Of a stretch of 64,000 nucleotides of DNA, positions 12,093-26,939 are shown piece by piece (within the stretch, counting starts at the first letter, position 1; the number at the start of each line of letters is the position of its first letter). The notes under the pieces were generated by a model. It ran no database searches. It was not told where the DNA came from and saw only the letters and a list, made by a program, of their open reading frames with translations. A program made the position numbers and the translations under genes. Source of the stretch: Octopus sinensis (taxonomy: Eukaryota); the NCBI RefSeq assembly GCF_006345805.1, contig NC_043005.1, positions 107,880,001-107,944,000 of the forward strand, read 5' to 3'.

Positions 12093-13545
12093 CTTCCGGT
12101 TGAATAGTGAGGACGTGAGCTTTGAGCTCCGTCCTAAAAAGAAAAAAGAACAAAAACAGAGGTTGTCGAGGTAGGGGATTTTGTTTGTTGTGAGCTGGGC
12201 ATTGCGTGTGAATTATTTTTTCAGTAAATTGGTCCCAGCTCTGGGACAATTACGCCTGCTCTCGGCGGCTTTTGTGTTATTGTGTTTGCTTTTTTGCTGG
12301 TGTAGCAAAAAAAAAGAAAGAAACGTTGGGGACGTATCCGCCCGAAGCCTTGAATTTGGAATTTATTCCGGTTGCTGTTGCTGTCAGCTGTGGCCTGTGC
12401 TGTGTTTTTTTAACATCTTACCGGGAGAAAGTTCCTGCCGCGGTGTACCTGTTGACCAGGATTGTCATTTTTTTGCAGTGTGGAACTGTTTTCCTCTATT
12501 CGTATTTTTCTGTTTATCTTTCTTGTGTTTTTTTCTCTTCTTTTCAACTGTGCTTTCTTTATTTTATTTTTTTCTTCAACTGTTTTTCTTTTGAACTTTG
12601 AGAACCTTTTTTTTTTACACATGGCAAGAAAATAATGAAGCCACTGCCTTGGAGTGGGAGGTTGTTCGCCCAAGGAGTGGTTAAAAGACTTAAACAATAG
12701 AACGGTGGTGCTATGGACCTATTCTAGGTCGCTTGGCGCCATCGTTCAATATAATAAGGACACTATAGAGAAAGAGTTGGCAGACTACCTGCCAACTATA
12801 AAATTTATTTCACGGGGAACCAAATTTGCAACGATCTGGTGGCTGTTTGATACTCCCGAGGAAGCTGGCAGATTTGCCAGCGAGTCCCTTGAGGGGAATG
12901 AAATTTTGTTTCTCCCCACTTATTGTGGGAGGAAGATAAGAAGAGCCTGGGCGTGCGGGCTGCCCCCCCGGCACGGAGGCAGGATGGATCGAGAAGACCA
13001 TCAGGCGAGGTCGGGGGGAATAGCGGGCCCAGGCTATTGAGTGTGAAGATTGCTCCCGCGGTCGACTGGGAGGGGTCAAAGACAACTTTGACCCTGTGGA
13101 CCCCGGTGGCCGTGGGAGACATGATGTTCCCGGACTTCCTAAAAATGGCCGGGTACAGGTACCTGGTGATACATGAGGGACGCCCCCCACCAAGTGTCAC
13201 CTATGCCTGGAGCCTGGCCATATCAAAAGGAACGTTGTGGGGCCCTGGAACATGAGAAAGAGAAGGTGCCCGCCGCCCCCTCATTGGAGGGGGAGATGGT
13301 GGAACTCGTGGAGGAAGTTGCCTCCACGAAAAGAAAAAGAAAGGTGAGCAACAATGGTTGCTCACCAAAGAATGTTCAGGCGGCGGAGGAGGGTGGCGAC
13401 CCCCCGCGTCTGTCGACACAGCCCCCTGCTCTCGCAGCCTCAAAAAGGAAGAGGAAAAAGAGGAGCAGAGGACGGTCGGCGGATGTTTCTGGGCCGCCGA
13501 CGGAGCCGCAGGTAGGATGTGTGCCACCTGCGGACAGGGCTTGAC
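12093..13545 (+). mobile_element. L1/Tx1-like LINE 5'UTR plus frameshifted ORF1 (RRM-like region and zinc knuckle), between SINE A head (12061-12097) and SINE A tail (13540-13720)
   Basis: 5' CTTCCGGT motif and GGACG..GAGCT-TTG-AGCTC-CGTCC hairpin, then a T-rich UTR. Joined frames give RTVVLWTY...KFISRGTKFATIWWLFDTPEEA...LPTYCGRKIRRA..GLPPGTEAGWIEK...FPDFLKMAGYRYLVIHEGRP and KCHLCLEPGHIKRN (CX2CX4H knuckle, ~13192-13233), then a basic/low-complexity tail. No ORF2. Confidence 0.75.
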
Positions 13546-13721
13546 AACCGGTGTTGGTGTGTTTTTGTTCTCGTAACTTAGTGGTTCAGCAAAAAAGAAC
13601 GAATAAAATACGTAATAGGCTTAAAGAAAAATAAGTCCTGTGGTTGATTTGTTCAACTAAAACCCACCAAGGCAGTGCTCCAGCATGGCCGCAGTCAACA
13701 AGCCGAAATAATTAAAAGAAT

Positions 13722-13752
<31 letters not shown>

Positions 13753-13798
13753 TATATACACTCACATTTATATATACAAATATATCTACATATATATC

Positions 13799-13898
<100 letters not shown>

Positions 13899-14148
13899 AT
13901 ATATATATACATATATATATACATATATATATATGCATATACATATATGTAAATAATATATATTTATACCCTTATATATTAGAGAAAGGGAGACAGAGAG
14001 AGAGAGGGAGAATGAGAGAGAGAAAGATATATAAATGCATATATGAATATGTATACTTTTATTATGAATATATATAAATTCATATATTGCACAAATGCAT
14101 AATACATACTTATATACATTTATATATATATAAGCATAAATACCTGCT

Positions 14149-14199
<51 letters not shown>

Positions 14200-14237
14200 T
14201 ATATATATATACGTGTGTGTGTGTGTGTGTGTAAATG

Positions 14238-14269
<32 letters not shown>

Positions 14270-15084
14270 AATACATATATATGCACAAACATATTTATGA
14301 TATGAATATACTTTTTTTTGCACGCATATAAATGCATTTTTTCTTGTTTATTTTTTGCCTATTTCTTGACGTAGAGACATAACCTCACAGAACATATATA
14401 TACGTAACCACACCACCAGCATGTGCTTTCTAACATCCACCAATCATTCGCCAATTCTATTACAGTCTGTAAATGCTTTGGCTAGCTGACACCCTTAATA
14501 CAACCCCCTGAAAGCCCTGCAACCATCAGCTAAATCCCACTTTTCCTCCAACACTCCAAATGACCTTCTCGACCTCCTAATGTTTTAATAACTAACCAGT
14601 GTATTGTACAACATTTGAATTCCTTCATATATATTATACCAGACATATAAATCTTTCACGTATGCCATTCCTAAAAAATAACCAAATTAAAAACATAAAC
14701 AAAAGGAAAATAGATTATTCTTTAATAGCACCACCTTTTAATTAACTCATATAATTTCCCATTTCTTCATTTCTTTTCAAGTCGAGAATGGAGTTGTGTA
14801 GGACCTTTGCAGGCCTCACCAGATTAGTGAGATGAACGTTGTACAGAAGATTCAGTCATGCCCTTAAGGGAATAATTTTTATGATAAAGCATCATAATTT
14901 CTTTTCCTTGTTTATAAATCGGATAGTTTCATTTACGTCGCTTTTTTTTATAGGTAGCTTTCATACTGACAAGTTTTAGTTAACTGCTGAATAAAGTCTT
15001 GCTCTAAAACCTAATCCAAAATTAACCAAAATTGTGATATTGTTTATCTTGTGTTTGATTTCGACTCACTATATGTATACCCTT

Positions 15085-15553
<469 letters not shown>

Positions 15554-16078
15554 ATTATCATGTATGTATAGGTATTTAAATATATTTGAATTTCTCTCTC
15601 TCACTCTCTCACTCTTTCTCCCTTAATATATATTCTTTTATACATGTATTCCTTTAGTCTTTTACTTGTTTCATTCATCGACTGCGACCATGCTGGAGTA
15701 CTGCCTGGAAGGGTTTTAGTCGAACGAATCTACCCCAGGACTTATTCTTTAAGCCTAGTACTTATTCTATCAGTCTCTTTTGCTGAACCACTAAGTTACA
15801 GGGATGTAAGCATGCCAATATTATTAATCAAGTGGTGATGGAGGGGTGACAAATACAGACACATACTCATAGCTATATACATATATATATAATGGTCTTC
15901 TTTCAATTACCGTTTACCAAATTCACTCACAAGGCTTTGGTCAGCCCAAGGTACCATGAAATGGGGCTGAACCAGAACCATGCCTGTGCCTATATATGCA
16001 CATGTTTACACACACATATTTATACACATATGTATGCACATACAAATATATACCTGTTTGTATATACAATCATACATA

Positions 16079-16165
<87 letters not shown>

Positions 16166-16529
16166 TTTTATCAATATATATATATATATATATAAATACA
16201 TTCATGCATACATGCTTTCATGCATTCATACATAGACAGAAGTTTTAACATTTGATTTTTATGTCTTTCATCTTTTCATCATTATCAACATCATCATTAT
16301 CATCTTCATGTTCGTTTTCTTCTTGCCTCATCTTTTCTCTTCTTTCTCTGGCAACAGCTCTTCAATCTCTTTTGGTCAGCTAGAGTTCAGTTCATTAACC
16401 AAATCTAATGGGAGGTGAAAGAAATATATATTTATGCAGGCATATGTGTGTGTGTGCGTGTGTGTGCTTGTATATATATGTACACAACTGACTGATATAT
16501 AATATATATGTATATATATAAATATATAC

Positions 16530-16790
16530 ATGCCAGTGGCATGTGTAAAAAGTTTTGAGCGAGGTCATTGCCAGTACCACCTGACTGGCCTCCGTGCCGG
16601 TGGCACGTAAAAGCACCCACTGCACTCTCGGAGTGGTTGGCGTTTGGAAGGGCATCCAGCTGTAGAAACTCTGCCAGATCAAGATTGGAGCCTAGTGCAG
16701 CCATCTCGTTCGCCAGCCCTCAGTCAAGTCGTCCAACCCATGCTACCATGGAAAGCGGACGTTAAACGATTATGATGATGATGATGAGGA
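16530..16790 (+). mobile_element. Repeat family F
   Basis: Closely similar to 4725-4978. Confidence 0.85.
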
Positions 16791-17193
16791 TGAGGATGAT
16801 GATGATGAGGAGGAGGAGGAGGAGGAAGAGGAAGAGGAGGATATATCTCAGTCAGTTCTTCATGAGTTTGAAAAAAACACACTAAAGTAACTTTTGAACA
16901 GTTATATTTTATGTAATCGTTGGTTATGGCCAGTCAGAAAGCTACCATTGGTTTCTTGTCTATTATTGCCTCTTAGCAATATGGGTAACTAGAGCTGCTG
17001 GCCAGAGGCACGTAGCCTCTTTACTAATGGAGGTAAGAATACAGCTCTTGTATATTGTGCCTAAACTTACCGATATGTTTTTATGCTTTGAGAATACTGA
17101 TTGCTTCCCTCTCCTGTAAACAAAGAACAGTTCACCACAGGTGGGGATACAGATTTACTTATAATATACTGAATAAATATATTTGCAATTCAT

Positions 17194-17587
17194 AGGCGCA
17201 GGAGTGACTGTGTGGTAAGTGGCTTGCTTACCAACCACATGGCTCTGGGTTCAGTCCCACTGCGTGGCACCCTGGGAATACTATAACCTCGGGCCGACCA
17301 AAGCCTTGTGAGTGGATTTGGTAGACGGAAACTGAAAGAAGCCAGTCGTATATACATATATATGTATGTGTGTATATATCTGTGTGTCTGTGTTTGTCCC
17401 CCCAGCATCGCCTGAAAACCGATGCTGGTGTGTTTACATCACCGTAACTTAACGGTTCGGCAAAACAGACCGATAGAATAAGTACTAGGCTTACAAAGAA
17501 TAAGTCCTGGGGTTAATTTGTTTGACTAAAGGTGGTGCTCCAGTATGGCTGCAGTCAAATGACTGAAACAAGTAAAAGAGTAAAAGA
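17194..17587 (+). mobile_element. SINE family A, near full length
   Basis: Colinear with other copies. Small deletion after GGCACCCTGGG. Confidence 0.9.
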
Positions 17588-18672
17588 ATAACTACGTGTG
17601 CATAGCTATATCTTTTAATTTGTAACACCCAATAGCTAATCATTTTAAGACTAGATACCAGTAAGCCTACCACAGTACTAAAGTAACACATGTCAATTGC
17701 TAAAGCCTAACCTTCAGCATATAAAATGCAGAGCGATTTTTGAGGGGAATGTTTAGGGAGAAAAAGGGCACCTTATATCCCGGGAAATATAGTAGCTATC
17801 TGTTTATCTATCATCTGCATGATTTTGCAATGGTATAAGCGAGCTTCTCATTGGATTTCTTGTATGGTTCATATAGGTTGGTCTGAAGTTTGAGAGTGAC
17901 ACCGAAAGAGTTAACTGTAGTACGTTAACTATGATAATTTCAGTTAACTATGGTAATTTGTAAACTTAAGGCGATGAAAAATTACATTATATCTTTTTTT
18001 AAAGTTTTCTTGTATGTTTCGAGTAGCATGATTGGAAACAGCTAACCTGTCATCGCTATATAAGCCGAAACTTACTGAAGTAAATTCAGGTTGCTTATGC
18101 CAATAAATTCGTAAACATCTGCTCTATCAAACGAAATACCCGTCTTCTTCAATCTCCTGGCATATGCTAAAACATTGCTAAAGAACAATGTTTCTCGCGT
18201 ATTTTTATTTCTATGTCATTGTATTATTATATTATTTGGCGAAATCGAATGTTTTACAAAGGTAGGATTTCGAGAAAAATGGCAGAAGTCCACAACGCCA
18301 AAATTGTATAAATCCAACATCGTGTTTATTATTGATATTTTTAAAGTAGCCAATTACTGCGTTACTGTTATTACATTGTTGTAGTTTAGTGGCTGTCCAA
18401 ATATTATGATTAAACTTCCTAAGTGGTTTTTGCTAACTAACATGATTTCTGATTTACTTGGGTTAATTAGTCTACATTATGGGTTTGATTCGAAATCATG
18501 ATCCTTGATAGTTGCGAACATTTGGCACGTAGCTAATGCCTCAAATCTATTACCAATTTTAAATTGTTTTTTTTTCTTGCTATGGTCTTATGCTTTAGCA
18601 TATGTCAGTGTGCTTGTTCTCGTATAATCCCGAGATATATTATTAGCAAGTCATTATTTATGCAAACCATAA

Positions 18673-19055
18673 GGCGGCGAGCTGGCAGAGACGTTAGCAC
18701 GCCGGGCGAAATGCGTCGCCGAATTTCGTCTGCTGTTACATTCTGAGTTCAAATTCTGCCGGGGTCGACTTTGCCTTTCATCCTTTCGGGGTCGATAAAT
18801 TAAGTACCAGTTACGCACTGGGGTCGATATAATCGATTTAATCCCTTTGTCTGTCCTTGTTTGTCCCCTTGTGAGTAGTAAAAAAATAGGCATTTCGCTC
18901 ATTGCTACGTTCTGAGTTCAAATTCTACCGAGATCTACTTTGCTTTTCATACTTTAGGGATCGATAAATTAAGTACTAGTGAAACACTGGGGTCGATATA
19001 ATCGACTAGTCCACCCTCTCAAAAAAATTTGCAGGTCTTGTGTGTATCGTAAAAA
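18673..19055 (+). mobile_element. SINE family B tandem dimer (tRNA head plus Nin/Deu-like domain)
   Basis: Head GGCGGCGAGCTGGCAGA..GTTAGCAC, B box GAGTTCAAATTC, and GCCTTTCATCCTTTCGGGGTCGATAAATTAAGTACC, which resembles the Deu/Nin domain. The body restarts at ~18890. Confidence 0.85.
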
Positions 19056-19935
19056 AGATTATTTATGCAAACTATTGTCTACTTCATGTAGGATTTTTTC
19101 ACAGGTTTTATTTGAGAAAATTTTTTTTTCTGTTTGATTTCCAGAAGTTCATAATGTTTGCAAAGAGTTTATGATGCAATAGATGAAAAATAAATTTGCA
19201 GATACTGCGAATAGATATCCTTACATAAAGCAGTTCTGAATCAAAGTTTTCAAACCCTAAATGCTTAGGGAAAAGACGTAGTGTTTTACAATACAGTCAA
19301 TGGTGGCAGAATTATGAAAGTTTGCCTTCCAGCTATTGCATTTGATAAACTCTTCTATTTTCTCTTGTGGTCTCCTTATATATTGTACAGTACAGTGGAG
19401 AGAATTGGAATAGTCTTGGTTGCCTCATCCAATTAACAGAGAACAGTGATTGGTAAGAGGAATACATAGCTTGGAGAGTGGCCTACGATATATGTAGTAT
19501 ATTTATAAACAACAATGCCAAGTAGCAGCTCCTCGATATAAAATAGACAAAAACTGAAACGACATATAGGAGCTTGTACATAGCAGATTAGAGTATAATA
19601 TATATATTATAAAGAAGAACACTTGATACCGACTTCGTAGAGTTTAATTACGTAATATAATAAAGTGATAGGATACAATTGGCTGCAAATTGTTTCGTGT
19701 ATTATTTTAGTAAGACAAATACATTAGGATGTAATGGAACACACTCACATTGTAATTGACTGGTTCAGTAGTATCAATAATACTGTGCCAAATTTTCACA
19801 ATATTGACGAAGTAGATTTCTGCTTTTCTATGCTTGAATGCATACATGTTCACGTGTATCTTTTATCTTTACTTGTTTTAGTTGCTGGCTATGCTGAGAC
19901 ATCGCCTTCAAGGGTTGAGTCGAGGTAAAATAACC

Positions 19936-20345
19936 CCGCAGAAACGTTAGTACGCCGGACGAAATGCTTAGCGGTATTTCGTCTGCCGTTACGTTTTGAG
20001 TTCAAATTCCGCCGAGGTCGACTTTGCCTTTCATCCTTTCAGGGTCGATAAATCAAGTACCAGTTACGCACTGGGGTCGTTGTAATCGACTTAATAACCT
20101 ATGCCTGTCCTTGTTTGTCCCCTCTATGTTTAGCCCCTTGTGGGCAGTAAAGAAATAGGTATTTCGTCTGCCGTTACATTCTGAGTTCAAATTCCGCCGA
20201 GGTCGACTTTGCCTTTCATCCTTCCGGGGTCGATAAATTAAGTACCAGTTACGCACTGGGGTCGATGTAATCGATTTAATCCGTTTGTCTGTCCTTATTT
20301 GTCCCCTCTGTGTCTAGCCCCTTGTGGGCAGTAAAGAAATAGGTA
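19936..20345 (+). mobile_element. SINE family B tandem dimer
   Basis: Body repeated head-to-tail with junction AAAGAAATAG|GTATTTCGTCTGCCG at ~20158. Confidence 0.9.
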
Positions 20346-21379
20346 CTTGTTTTCTAAGCATGATGTTTATTATATCGGTCTCTTTCTGCCGAGCTGCTAT
20401 GTTATGGGTGTTTAAACAAATCAACACCTGTTGTCAAGCAGTGGTTGGAGATAAACACAAACACACGCATGCACACACACACACACACACACACACATAC
20501 GATCGACTTCTCTTTCAGTTTCGATTTACCAAATCCACTGACTACGCATTGCCCGGTCCGGCTTTATAGTAGAAGACGCTCACCTAAGGTACCATGTAGT
20601 GGAACTGAACCCGGAACAGTGTGGTAGGGAAGCAAACTCCTTACGGTTTAATCCTTGGAATAAATGCAACCTCCAGGATTCCTCTTCAAGGCTACCCGGA
20701 TTGGTATGAAGAAAGAAGGAAATTATTCTCAATCCAGAGGTCTGGTCCAAGAACTGGCGACAGAATTAAATCGGCAAAGGCACCCCATAGCAGGATAGGG
20801 GTTGTAGATCAGATTGCGTGAAGAACCCAAGAACAAGTGTAGTCCTTATAGGCTTCCATGAAGTTTCTTACAGTTAAATTTGCCTCAAGAGGTTTTGGTC
20901 AGCCCAAGTCTATGATTTCAAAAAAAAAGCAAAAAAAAACAATCGCTCAAAGTACTGTGCTGTAGGATTGAACTTAAAACCTCATAGTAGTAATCTAAAC
21001 TTCTTGACCACTCAGCCATGCATACGCCTATGTTTGAACATTAGCTATTATGTTAATGATTTTGTGTGGGGGAAATATCTCACCACTGACACAACCAACT
21101 TCTTGCCACCACCATCTTATTACATGACCCAATCACTCCACTTATTACATCGCTAAAGAGATAAAGAGACCTGTGTTTGTGTGTGTGTATAAGTCTCTTT
21201 ATGTCTGTATATATATGTAGGTGTGTGTGCGCGGTTGTATGTACATATATATATATATATGCATATATGTGTGTACGTGCAAATACATATGCATGTGTGT
21301 GTGCGTTTGCTATTGCTTACACCATTATATTTATGACCACGTTTGTGACTAATTACATCTGAATATCTTTGAATGAATA

Positions 21380-21400
21380 CATGAATATATATATACATAC

Positions 21401-21450
<50 letters not shown>

Positions 21451-21459
21451 CATATATAC

Positions 21460-21540
<81 letters not shown>

Positions 21541-21567
21541 ATATATGTATATATATATGTATATATC

Positions 21568-21598
<31 letters not shown>

Positions 21599-21610
21599 GT
21601 ATATATATAG

Positions 21611-21647
<37 letters not shown>

Positions 21648-21684
21648 GTATGTATGTATATGCATATATGTATATCTATATATG

Positions 21685-21724
<40 letters not shown>

Positions 21725-21830
21725 TATATGTATATCTATATACATACATATATACGTACACACACACCACACACACACACACATATATATATATAATATA
21801 TATATATATACATATACACATATATACAGG
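21380..21830. repeat. (TA)n/(CA)n compound microsatellite
   Basis: Direct reading. Similar tracts at 9900-10380, 13720-14300, 30250-30530, 40950-41220, 41985-42445, 57040-59800, 62390-62640, 63260-63610. Confidence 0.95.
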
Positions 21831-22591
21831 AAGAGAGGGTGGAGAGGGGAGACAGAGAGACGAGTGTGTGTGCGTACGTGAATTTGCGTTTTCGTAAGTA
21901 TGCGTGTGAGTGTTGACTCCATGATTTCTTTTGCATATTCTCTATATGCAGACACATGAAGGTGTAAAGGATAGATGTTAATGGTAACTAAGGCCATATT
22001 AAAGTTGCTCGTTTATCATGGATAAAATGCAGGTCTCTACAAGGGATCAGGTCAGATCGAAATGGATTGCTGACTGTTAGAAATATTAATAAGATGAACG
22101 CCAAAAACTAATAAGGCCTGCTTTTTGAAGTTATTATAAATCAAGACGTAATAACCTAGACAGGTCGTGTAGCGAGGCAAACATATGTATGAATACATGT
22201 TTAGTACTGTCTAGCTCTTTATGTATAGTTATATGTATGTAATCATACATTCTAATACACATTACTTTGTAAGCATACACACAAGCATACGTACGTGCAC
22301 ATAAGTATAGCCATTAGTGGCTCCGCATTGCTATGAAATGCAATTAAATGAAGAAATAGTACGCAATACCGATCGGTAGAGTAAAATAATGTTATTTATT
22401 GAAAGCTGAGTCTGGGTGAATTACTCCTCTGAGTATCAGCTTCGGAAGATCGCTTCCCAGCGATGTAGTTCCCCCTTCAGTCCCACTAAATGGACAAGTG
22501 TTTTCTACTATAGACTAAAACAGTATGAGTCAAATAGGTAGACGAAACTGAAAGAAGCCTGAGATATGTGTGTGTATGTATGTGTATATAT

Positions 22592-22785
22592 AAATGCTTA
22601 GCGATATTTCGTCTGCCGTTACGTTGTGAGTTCAAATTCCGCCGAGGTCGACTTTGCCTTTCATCCTTTCGGGGTCGATAAATTAAGTACCAGTTAAGCA
22701 CTGGGGTCGATATAATCGACTTAATACCTATGTCTGTCCATGTTTGTCCCCTCTATGTTCAGCCCCTTGTGGGTAATAAAGAAAT
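22592..22785 (+). mobile_element. 5'-truncated SINE B joined to the microsatellite of a partial SINE A (22475-22590)
   Basis: Direct similarity to both families. Confidence 0.8.
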
Positions 22786-22824
22786 ATGTGTATATATAAA
22801 CATACATGCATTTACATATATCTA

Positions 22825-22901
<77 letters not shown>

Positions 22902-22915
22902 CTCTACCTATCTAT

Positions 22916-22961
<46 letters not shown>

Positions 22962-23005
22962 ATATATATATATATATGTATATATACGTATATACATATA
23001 TACAT

Positions 23006-23050
<45 letters not shown>

Positions 23051-23060
23051 CACACATGTA

Positions 23061-23388
23061 TGCAATGACCCAGTGGTTAGGGCAGCGGACTCACCGTCGT
23101 AGGATCGCAGTTTCGATTCCCAGACCGGTCCTTGTGAGTGTTTATTAAGCGAAAACGCCTAAAGCTCCGCGAGGCTCCGGCAGCTGGTGGCGGCAAACCC
23201 TGTTGTACTCTTTCACCACAACATTCTCTCAGTCTTTCTTCCTCTTTCTCTTGTACCTGTATTTCAAAGGGCAAGCCTTGTCACATTTTGTGTCACGCTG
23301 AATCTCCCCGAGAACTACGTTAAGGGTACACGTTAATTTCACGAGCAGGCCGTTCCGTTGATCGGATCGACTGGAACCCTCGTCGTTT
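23061..23388 (+). mobile_element. SINE family C, tail type 1
   Basis: Colinear with 4046-4419. Confidence 0.85.
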
Positions 23389-23990
23389 TCGGGATGATGT
23401 GTTACAGGGACTCACATGTCTAATTATGGACCAGATCAGGTCATATTTTACCTACTCTTCCTTGAGCCTCCAGATAAAATGCCGCCAGCGATGTTTCATG
23501 CCGTTTAAGGATTTTTCGAAAGCTGGCAATGTAGGTGCGATGTCATTTTAGCAGATTGCTAAAATAAATTCACAAACACATATAATATCCAAAGGTACAT
23601 CTTTTTTCCTCTGATGACATTATGCCCACGTCACATAAATGTAAATTCAGTATTTATTGAGTATAAATGGAAACGGCTGTAAGTGAAGATGACCAATTTG
23701 CTCTTAATAAACAATTATTAACTTCCCAATCGCCATTTTATTTTGCTAAATATATATATAGATAGATCGATAGATATAGATATAGATACACACATACATA
23801 CATACATACATACATACATACATACAACATACATACATACATATAATTATATAAATTAGAAAAGACACCTTTTATCAATTGAAAATGAAAAATTAAATTA
23901 CACCATCTAGAAAATTACATATAATAGAAATATTAAATACAAAATAACAATAATATACCGATATTAGTAAGTCAGGAATAATATTCCCTC

Positions 23991-24021
<31 letters not shown>

Positions 24022-24033
24022 CTATATATATAT

Positions 24034-24080
<47 letters not shown>

Positions 24081-24577
24081 CATGACCATCTTGTTTAGCT
24101 CCGTTTTCCGTGCTGGTAGGCTGGATCTTCATGGTCCAAATCAGACGTTCTCTGGTCTTACTGCTCATATAGACAGATGGAAATCACATCTTGTTACTAT
24201 GTTCCATTTTGAATATAGCCTTTCATGTGGCCAGCTATAGTAACAGAATGCATTGGGTGTAACTTATCGTGTCACCAGTACCAGAGAGCACGTAGTAAAT
24301 GTCAGTAGAAATGACAGACAACTCTAAAACCAAAATTAATTGAAAGTGAACGGGGGAATGCTGAGAAATGAGATTCTGAATTTTGGTAAGTAGAGACAAC
24401 TCTGAATAGGGGTTTAGTTTTATGAGATTTATAGTATTTATCAAAGCTGTCCATCTATTTTTCTGGACAAGAATTAAGCATTAACCAATTACATTTTCTC
24501 CTCACTGCTGGTGTAAAAGTAATCAAAATTCCTTATCTCAGAACCTTAAGCATATTTGCACTCACTTAACTATTTGC

Positions 24578-25306
24578 GGTGCTACTTTGGCGTGCGATCT
24601 ATCTCCCGCAGTATCCTAGTTTAGCGTGTGGACTACCGAGTACTAACTCAAATTGCAGTGCTACTTGTTGTTGATGTCCGAATAATGAAAAAAAAAAAAG
24701 AAAACGGTTACCTCTCCGAATAGAATGCGAAGTTTGACACCCTTTTCGAGGACAGTGATATATAGACCGGTATTCTCCACTTGTGTATAAGGCGACGGGC
24801 TGGCAGAATCGTTAGCACGCCGGACGAAATGCGTAGCCGTATTTCGTCTGCCGTTACGTTCTGAGTTCAAATTCCGCCGAGGTCGACTTTGCCTTTCATC
24901 TTTTCGGGGTCGATAAATTAAGTACCAGCTACGCACTGGGGTCGATATAATCAACTTAATCCGTCTGTCTGTCCTTGTTTGTCCCCTCTATGTTTAGCCC
25001 CTTGTGGGTAGTAAAGAAATAGGTATTCTCCACTTGTGTCGCGTTTTCGATTTTTCTTGCATGACGCTATTTCATCGATAACATGGGTCTGCTTCTTGTA
25101 ATATGTATCCAGAAGATTGTTTTCTAGTAAAAATTCAACTGCTGCTTCCTCTGTAAAAAGTATACGTCTATAGAAATCCTTTAACACAATTGTAATGGTT
25201 AAAATTAACTCAGGTTAAGAGGGTCAGAAAAAGTAGACCACACGGTAAAAATTATTTCACAGCGTAGACAGGATACTGCGGTAGACCACAACGCTACAGT
25301 AGCACC
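24578..25306 (-). mobile_element. Internally deleted Merlin (IS1595-like) DNA transposon with nested SINE B
   Basis: Imperfect TIRs GGTGCTACT...CGCAGTATCCT and an 8-bp TSD CTATTTGC/CTGTTTGC. With the SINE removed, the minus strand reads LKDFYRRILFTEEAAVEFLLENNLL...SGEYRSIYHCPRKGCQTSHSIRRGNRFF, like the Merlin N-terminal zinc-ribbon region. Confidence 0.75.
24787..25024 (+). mobile_element. SINE family B, full monomer with TSD
   Basis: Flanked by direct repeat GGTATTCTCCACTTGTGT (24769-24786 and 25022-25039). Confidence 0.92.
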
Positions 25307-26022
25307 CTGTTTGCTCTATGTACAGAAGGTGTACCTGGGTAATTTTTCTGTCCCTCTTATAGATTACGATTACACAAAATATAGATGTTAACAGATGCTG
25401 AAGAGTAAACTATAAATAAAGGCAGTTCTGGAAGTATAAACTATGGTAAATTTATTCTTGTATGTTCTCTACAATTTAATATACATATTACGACCAGTTC
25501 TTGTAATGTAAATATTAAATAATGATAATGATAGCAAAAACAACAACAATAATAATAAATTTACTACTTTAGCATGTATTAAACGTTAGTAACAAATGTA
25601 AATATTTAAATAGTTTGAGTCGGTGTCCAGTGTAATATAGCAGCAGCAATGATTAGGAGTCTACTTAAGACATTCTAATAAACAAACATCTGCCAAAAGA
25701 GAAATTCTAAACATCAAAACAAATAGAATTGTAACAGACACTTGTCACTAACGGATGTTCTAATAGGTTAGTAGATAAATATATAATGATCTATAATGAA
25801 AAAGATACATAATAAGCGACTTCAAGAACGATTTTATCTAAATAAATGACTATAGGAAGCATTTTTTAAAAAGGAAAAAGAGAAAAATGATATTGATATC
25901 CAAATATTGATATACAAATTCATTTTGAAGCTGTGTGATTTTCCCAAGAGCGAAGTTGGTTTTTAGACACACACACACACACACAACACACACACACACA
26001 CCACACACACACACATACACAC

Positions 26023-26074
<52 letters not shown>

Positions 26075-26076
<2 letters not shown>

Positions 26077-26279
26077 CTTGTTTCAATCATTTTGACTGCG
26101 GCCATGCTGGTGCACCGCCTTTAATCGAGCAAATCGACCCCGGGACTTATTCTTTGTAAGCCCAGTACTTATTCTATCGGTCTCTTTTGCCGAACCGCTA
26201 AGTAACGGGAACATAAACACACCAGCATCGGTTGTCAAGCAATGCTAGGGGGACAAACACAGACACACAAACATACACG

Positions 26280-26354
<75 letters not shown>

Positions 26355-26505
26355 GACGGGCTTCTTTCAGTTTCCGTCTACCAAATCCACTCACAAGGCT
26401 TTGGTCGGCCCGAGGCTATAGTAGAAGACACTCGCCCAAGGTGCCACGCAGTGGGACTGAACCCAGAACCATGTGATTGGTAAACAAGCTACTTACCACA
26501 CACCC
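26075..26505 (-). mobile_element. SINE family A, near full length
   Basis: Colinear with other copies. Confidence 0.9.
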
Positions 26506-26939
26506 ACAGCAGAGAGTGAGGAAGGCGTGAGAGATGTATGAGTGCACAAACGAGAAATAAGAATACAACATAGAAACAATGTGAGAATACATATTTTAAT
26601 AAAATTTTCTTCTTAGGGTCAACGACAGAACAGGACCCACGTCATGACCTCGGAACATTCTCTACAAATGATGCATACACACACACACCTCACATTCATT
26701 GAACACAATCAATATGTGTGTGTTTGTTTCTTTGTTTATCTCAATGTGGAGAAATACACGGATGCAAATACACCACCGTAAGCATACATATAGATATTCA
26801 CAATGCTGGTGCATTGACGTTGAGTTCTTTCCTAAGGACTCGCTTTCCTCGAGCGAAATTTTGAATGTTACATTAAAAGATTTAAAAAATCATCATAAAC
26901 CACCTTCTTTATGGTTCTTAAGCATATATTTGCCTTCAT

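Noticed and set aside
18076-18170. Minus-strand exon-like segment AYARRLKKTGISFDRADVYEFIGISNLNLL ending in GTAAGT
   Set aside because: Isolated, with no recognisable homology. Compatible with chance.
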